From Oikopleura dioica (taxonomy: Eukaryota > Animalia > Chordata), in contig OU015566.1 in the NCBI GenBank assembly GCA_907165135.1, positions 12,834,001 to 12,898,000 on the forward strand: 64,000 nt of DNA. Direction: 5' to 3'. Within the stretch, counting starts at the first letter, position 1. Each line of letters starts with the position of its first letter. A program made the position numbers and the translations under genes. Shown piece by piece: positions 56,795 through 64,000 of this stretch. The notes beneath the pieces are model-generated. The model was not told the DNA's origin. It worked only from the letters and a program-made list of their open reading frames with translations, and did no database searches.

Positions 56795-59291
56795 GTCAAG
56801 TTTTCTACACAGGTTGCTGAGCCCTGAACTAATTTAAAAATCTTAAATCATTCAGTGTTGCTTCACGAAAACTTCAAATTTACTCGTCCACTGATTGTCA
56901 CTGTTGCCCACTGGATTCCGTCAAGAAACAAAGTCTTCTTCTTCCAATCCGTTTTGGAGAAGATAGAAGACGAGAACTATGTTCTGGCGAATAATGCTTT
57001 TGTCAAAGGATCCGAGGAGATTCATATTCCGCTGAAAAGTCCTTACTATAATTGCGATCGAAAATCGATGCGAAAAATGATTCAAAGGAATGGCTTCTAA
57101 GATACAGGCCTTGAATCTTCCTTGACAGAATTATTGACAAGCCAAAAAAAAAGACAGAAATCGAGCTTATACGAAGACAATAACATGAGAATCCACTTTG
57201 TCAACGAAAAAGAAAAGCCTCAAGATGGCAAGATTGACGTCCCTGAAATGGAACCTGAACGATACTACCTCATATCCGCTGCATTTTCACTTCAATTCGT
57301 TTAATTTTCCCAAAACTGAAAAATATATTCAAAGCACTTATAAAAACCATGACGCTTCTAGATCGAAATTCTAGTGGCAGTTGTTGCATAAGTACATTTA
57401 ATTCATTCCTAATTCCAAGAAAAGACTGATGATTTTCTAGAGCTTCGTTTATTATTCGTCCTATGACAGTACTCCAAGTTAGTTCGTCCATCTGTTCCGC
57501 TCAGGTTAGTACTATCACAGTACAGTGTCTTCCCCTTGTCTTGGACTGTAGACGGTTTAATACGATGTCATTAACGCGCATATGCTGAATTGAGCGTATT
57601 GTGATCATTTGTCATTTATCGACTTCTGTTGGCTTTTGAGCCGCTGCTTACTATATATAATACATTGATAATGGTCGCACGCATATCGTTCGCTGCCTTT
57701 TTCGCCCTTCGCTTTTTGATCCTCCTTTTTTTCTGAAGAAAAATCGAACAAGAGAAATGACATCTTCCATGAGGACAATTTGTCCTCCATGATTTCAATT
57801 CAGCGAAGATTACTAATTGATGTGAGTAAATTCTTAATGTTTCAGTTAATCGCTTCATTTTTAAAACGATTTCGATTATATTTTAATTTATAAAAAAGAA
57901 GATTTTAGAAGATAGAATAGTCGAGAAAACTTTAGTGAAAGCTAATACGTAAAACAGCCGACGAAAATAGCTTTTTTTGGGTAACTCGAATCGGAGCCCG
58001 AAATCGTGAAAAATTAACGCGGCAGCGGCGTCAAGCTACCCTCATCGACAGCGCGTAACCATCTCTTATTCAACTCATATAGAGAAGTTGGACATCGCAG
58101 AATTGAATTATCTTAGAACAAAATACGCTTCAAAATGTGATCAATTTTTGATGGATACGACCATTTTAGGTGATCATAACAAAGAAAAAACTGAATATTC
58201 ATATACAATAAGAATCTTTAAAAATCATCTAAATACAATATTAAACAATAAATTTTTTGCCTTTAACAGTTATTTTCAGGTGTTTTAAAGCGAAACTCAG
58301 CTCCCGATTCAGCCTGAAAATTGGTAAGTTTTTTCGTATTAAAAATTATTTATTAATGAAAAAGCCGGCTTTTCTTAAAAACAAAACTTCTTTTCGGAAA
58401 TTAGTGACGCCCTGTAACAAATTGGCAGCTTATATGTATGTGCTCCTTGTTGATTTTGAACTTGCCAATTGATTCTGAATTCATGCGCCAGTCGCGAAAT
58501 GGGCAAATCTGACGTTGATTATTATCGATAAAAACGGCCGTATTTTTCACGCATGCAGAAATTGTACAATAAATCAATGTTAGTAATAATATATTCAAAG
58601 TATATTTAACACAACAGCTTTTTTGTTGATCGTTTTTTGAAAGCCCCTTTTTACCACAAAAATCCTGAATGATACGTTTTCGTCTTGTCTCGTTTATTTT
58701 TTTAAACAATTGTTTCTAGTTTGTTATCTTTTTTTTGCTCAGCAACTGATAGATTTTATTCAGAGAGAATATGTTGGACTGTTTGAAGGCAAGGCGAAAA
58801 ATGTTCAAAATAGTAGCTTAGAACAAAATCTGCTCTAGAACATAGAACATTAATCATTTGTTTTTTCACTGATTAATGATTTGTAGCTCCGTGAAGTATT
58901 ATGGCCATTTTCAATAAGAAACCGAAAAAGGAAGTGGCGCCGAGTACAGTCTCAAACGTAAGTACACACTTGAATTATACAGATTATATACAGAATAATA
59001 CAGTATTGGCTCGAACTCATCGCGCTCAGAATTATTCAAACAAAAAGTTGATTTGACGTCATTTTGATGTCAGGAGTCCAAGAGAGCTGATGGCCCTTTC
59101 TCACGTGATAATTTCGTCAATTTTTGCAAAGCGTCAATTAAAAGTAACATCAATTTATGGATTTAAATAATCAGATGACTAGTATTGGCCCTCCTAGTTT
59201 ATTTAATTTTCGTGTTATGAAGCCCCGTCTCGATGGCGGAGGTGCGCTAAAAACAGCTTAGTCAGCGCAAAGCTACTTCAACCCTGAGACC

Positions 59292-62200
59292 ATGTCTCAA
59301 AAAACTCAAAACTCAATCATCAGCACCAAGAGACAAAATGGGAGTGGAAATACGTACGTCATTCAAAGAGTATTTTTGCGTGTCTAAACTTCAGTCTCAA
59401 ACTTTTTTGTTATAGAGAAAGTCACGTGAGAAACGAAATTTTTTGGGGAGATGGTCGATGGTCGAGAATTTTATTGCACTTTTGAACCGACTTATAATTT
59501 CAATCCGAAATTTCAGGCAAACGCAAATGCAAACGAAGTAAACGAGTTGAAAGCTCAACTTTCCGAAGCTCAAAAACTTGCTACCCAATACAGGTAAATG
59601 AGTACAGTTATTCATTTCTTCAATGAATGTAGAACTGACTTGGAACAAGCGCAAGCATGCTGCAGAAAGATGGAACTCGAGCTCGAGAGAGTGAAGCTCA
59701 CTTCCTCCGTGAAAACGATGTCGCCATCTACAGCGGAACAGACATTCATGGCCAAGCTAGAAGAGCGAGACCGCGAAATTATCAAGCTCAGACAAGAAGT
59801 TGCCCAGATTACCGACAAGATCAACATGGTCATCGACACAAAAGATGCTCAAATCAGAGTAAGCCGGTCAAATTCCTCTCTATATTGACCACCCATTCTA
59901 GCGACTTCACGCCCTTGGTGGCACCGACAGCACAGTCCCCGCCTCCAACGATGACAAGAAAGCACGAAACCTCGCCATTTCCGCCGAAACCGAAAGCGGC
60001 GGCGTCTCCGTCCCCAAAATTGAAAAGTCCGAAGCCGAAAGAGAAACTATCAGAGTCGCTATTGCGGCAAATACCTTTATGAGAAGCCTCAATAAAGGTG
60101 TGTTTTCGGCGTCTATAACAGGATTAATAGGCTTACGCGTGTTTTTAAGCTCAAAATGCGAAGATTACCGATGCAATGAGCAAAAAAGTCATTCCAGCCA
60201 AGCAAGAGATCATCACCGAAGGAACGACCGGTGATTGCATGTACATTATCGAGTCTGGAGAAGTCCAGGTCTTCAAGGTTTGTCAAAAAGCTCTCGAAAT
60301 ATTTGCAAAAAAAACTTCAAGCTTCCTGCAATTTTTTATAAAAAATCAAAATGAAACTTAGAGAGCAATGTGCTGGCACGTTTTTAACTGCTTAGTAAGT
60401 CGAATGATTTTGATTCGGTCGCTTGAGCCTTGAATGTCTGACATGAACAATTTCAATTGTTTTTGGCTGTTTACTAAATGTTATTCTGAGCATGAAATAT
60501 CTACCGGTAGTAAACCAAAGAAAAAACATGTATTGCAAAAAAAATTCAACTCAATTTTCAGGGAACTGGTGGAAGCAAAAACCATGTTTGCGACCTTGGA
60601 CCCAGAACACTTTTCGGCGAGTTGGCGATCCTTTACAACTGCAAACGAACTGCCACGATTATCAGCAAGACCAGCGTCACCGTTTGGGTCATCGAGCGAG
60701 CGATCTTCCAGGCCGTCGTCAAGCAGGCGGGTCGAGAGGATGAGGAAGAACGATTCCGCTTCATTTCTTCTGTCAAGGATCTTTCTGATGTAAGAACACT
60801 TCTTTGTTGTTTGCTCTTTAGCCTTTTTTCTAGCTCCCCGAAGCAAAACTTCGAAGAATTTGCGATTGCCTCGACGAAGAAACCTACGAAAATGGAAGCT
60901 GTATCATTCGACAAGGCGCAAGAGGTGATCTCTTCTTCATGATCAAGAGCGGAAGCGTCAGAATTACAATCAACGAGGGCAAAGGTTTGCGTTAAAAAAC
61001 ATAACTCTGAATTACCATCATTTTTAGCTGAGAAAGAGGTCGCCAAGAAGGCCGTTGGCGAATACTTCGGAGAGCGAGCCCTCATTCAGGAGGATGTTCG
61101 ATCGGCTAATGTGTATGCTGTTGGCAAGACTAGCTGCTTTACTTTAGGAGCGGATATAAAAACGAGTTGTTTCGAAATTTCATGATTCTAGTGACTTATT
61201 CTTTCCTCTGATTCTGGAATTTCAATCTGAACTTTCCTGATCAATTCTATTCACCCTTTTTCACGAAGATCGTCGACGATTATAACATAAATTCAAAACA
61301 AAGAGATAATATGGAAGTTTTATACCCAAGAAAAGACCGAAACGCTTTTAACAGCCTCGTCGGTAAACTCGGCGATGCAAAGAGTACAACTAAAGTTGCG
61401 GTTGAAAGTGATGAGCCCACGAGAAAGGTGCACGATGCCTTGAAAACTTGCAGTTTCAACGACATGGAGGTCCTCCGACCGATTGGTGCTGGTGGTTTTG
61501 GTATTGTCAAGCTTGTCAAGGTTGGTTTATAAAGGCTGCCACTGATGCAAATGGAGTTTTTTAGATTAAAGGCATCGAAGACCGATCTTACGCGCTCAAA
61601 TGTATCCAAAAGCAGCGTGTGGTTCAGTACAAGCAGCAGCGTCATATTTTGGACGAGAAGAATATTCTCATGTCTTTGGAGTCTCCCTTTATTGTTGGTC
61701 TTTACAGGACCTTCAAAGGTACTCTTCCTTGATTTCACACTCTTGTTCATTGTTTTTAGATCAAAAGTATGTTTATCTTCTTCTCGATGCTTACTTGGGT
61801 GGCGATCTCTGGGGCGTTCTTCACAACCAAGGACCATTCAACGATGCCATCGCTCGATTCTACGTCGCCTGCGTCGTCGAGGGCTTCGGCTATCTTCACA
61901 AACGTGGCTACTGCTACAGAGATTTGAAGCCAGAGAATCTCATGGTCGACAACAACGGCTACGTTAGAATCATCGATCTTGGTTTTGCCAAGAAAATTCA
62001 AGGCAAGCTTTGTTATTTGAACTCATTTTTGAACGTTTAGTTTAGCTGGACAGAAGACTTACACCTTCTGTGGTACTCCTGAATACATCCCTCCAGAGAT
62101 TGTCTCCAACTCCGGCCACACCATTGCTGCTGATTACTGGTCCCTTGGAATTCTTGTTTTTGAGCTCTTGTCTAAGAAGACTCCATTCGCCGGTAAGAAA

Positions 62201-62661
62201 ACTTGAATCTTAGGCTTGTCTAAAATTTATTTAAGCGCGGGCGGATTTGGAAATTTACGAAGGAATTATGAGAGGCATTCATAACGTTGCCTTCCCACAG
62301 CATAGAGTTACTCGAAAGGCTGAAAGCATGATCAAGGTCAGGATTACTTATTGAAAGTTGTTTTTGACCGATTTCTAGGCCCTGTGCAGGCAAGAACCCT
62401 CAGAGCGACTTGGATACCAAAAAGGTGGCGTCGATGATATCCGTAAACACCGATGGTTCCAGGTAAAATTGACGCAGCCTTATCTTCTTTGACCCTTCAA
62501 TTTAGGGTTTCGATTGGGAAGGTCTTCAGCAAGAGAAGATCGAAGCTCCATTTATCCCCGCCATCAAGAATCCCTTCGACGTCCAAAACTTCGAGCCCAT
62601 TCCTGACGAGGATTGGAACCGTGTGCCAGCTGACAACTCCGGATGGGACGCTGATTTTTAA
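59292..62661 (+). CDS. PRKG1: cGMP-dependent protein kinase (PKG)
   Basis: N-terminal coiled coil; two cNMP-binding domains ([35 protein letters not shown]; [17 protein letters not shown]); kinase [22 protein letters not shown] and TFCGTPEY; ends DNSGWDADF. Confidence 0.95.
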
Positions 62662-63689
62662 AGACCACTGTTATCTTTTAATTGTATTTGCTGCGCAGGG
62701 AGTTTTTATTATTTACTCTTATCTTCACAGTTGTACAGAACATTCCAATAAAGTTAAACTTGTAAGGCATTTCTGAAATTATGAATATTTTGTAACGCTA
62801 AAATACTTAACCGCAAAATGACAACGCTTTTAATTTAAAAAGTGGTAAAAATCAAACGATATCATTTTTTATAAAGACTCTTTATTAAAGAGTACCATTA
62901 TCGAGGAAAATCAGATAAATTTTTAAATCATCAATTCTCACATTGATCATTGATATTAAATGATGATGAAGAAGGTGTTTAAACCTTCCATCTAGCTGCA
63001 AATCATCAATTATGAAGCATTCAAGTGAATATAATCCGCCGAAAAGCTAAAGTTAATCAAATAAGTGTTACTGAAAATGTTATTGTCTCTTTTATCATCA
63101 ATTTTTGTTCCATCTTTGGCGCTTTATCGGACAAAAGGAAGGTTTTCAACCAAAATTACTAGTAAATCTTACTCTATTTTGATAAGACATTGCTTGAACC
63201 TGTAAAGCTTTCGATGCTCTTATTCATCCGCAGTTCGGAGGACCAAACATTGACCCACAAGGGTACAAACTCGAAGGAGAGTTCAATAATTTTCAAGTTT
63301 AGTAATTCACAAGTGACCTCTTTCTAAATTTCTATAATTATTTTCATCTGTACGATATGAATATCTCACCAGATCAAAATAACCAGAAATGGATCGTCTA
63401 CAAAAGAAGTTTCACCTACCCAAGCGCTGCCTTGATGTACAATGGCTAAAAAGATACTGAAATAAAAACGCATCTTTCTAATTTTCTGAGTCAGACGAGT
63501 CCAAGAAATCGCAAAGTTCACGGCCTAAACTCATCCCAAAATCGTTTACTGAATCAGTTCCGGCTAAGTCAACCTTTAGCGCTCAAGCAGGAAATAGGCG
63601 GCTTATTGAATTATATCAAAATGCAAGAGAGGTAACGTAATTTAGAAAATTTGTGGTTTATTAGAGCATCCGGAATGGCGCACTAAGTT

Positions 63690-64000
63690 AGTTTATGAAA
63701 ATGTGAGCTGAATAATTGGCGGTAAATATCGTTTGTGATATAAAGGCGCGCTCGGTTGAGATTGCAGTAGAGCGTGATGGCGATCCACGAGAGTGGCCGG
63801 TATGGGAAGTTTCTTTTCCTCGCAGGAACCGTGATCTATTTTGACAGGTATTGAACAGAGAGGTTTATTGAAATCACGGCACAGGCTTGCTCATACTCTC
63901 GTCGGTAGCAGCACAGGAAGTAGACCCACCGCAACTGCTCGATGCGCGGTCTTTCCGGTCCAATGCGGACAGGATACAGGCCATTCTGCAGTTCCATGTA
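63690..64000 (-). CDS. 3' exons of a hypothetical gene running off the window edge
   Basis: Open coding-like frames YMELQNGLYPVRIG.. and ITVPARKRNFPY.. are separated by an intron-sized gap. Confidence 0.4.

Overview
Eukaryotic, gene-dense window with mostly 40-55 nt introns, some GC-AG and GA-AG introns, and operon-like spacing. This most resembles the larvacean tunicate Oikopleura (inference). Host genes are a 2OG-Fe(II) oxygenase, a neuroligin-like gene, an ankyrin + DEDDh exonuclease, a multi-Tudor protein, a ZDHHC palmitoyltransferase, a Met-rich/QP-repeat secreted protein, HYOU1/GRP170, a MYND-finger protein, an EF-hand protein, a GST-omega-like gene, an atypical kinase and a cGMP-dependent kinase. 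Several non-autonomous DNA transposons have exact TIRs and 8- or 9-bp TSDs, and three of them sit inside coding exons. The standout is a ~14 kb island (~18.55-32.4 kb) that appears to fill a 14.7-kb intron of the Tudor gene. Its + arm carries a non-LTR-type reverse transcriptase followed by three large intronless orphan ORFs. Each of these is preceded by a (T)nCCTAG acceptor, and two are distant paralogs with NLS motifs. A convergent 6-exon gene of ~1,456 aa is visible only after splicing and removal of a MITE. At the right end is a chain of small hydrophobic ORFs with stop-start overlaps. No searches or computations were run; gene models and coordinates were derived by hand.
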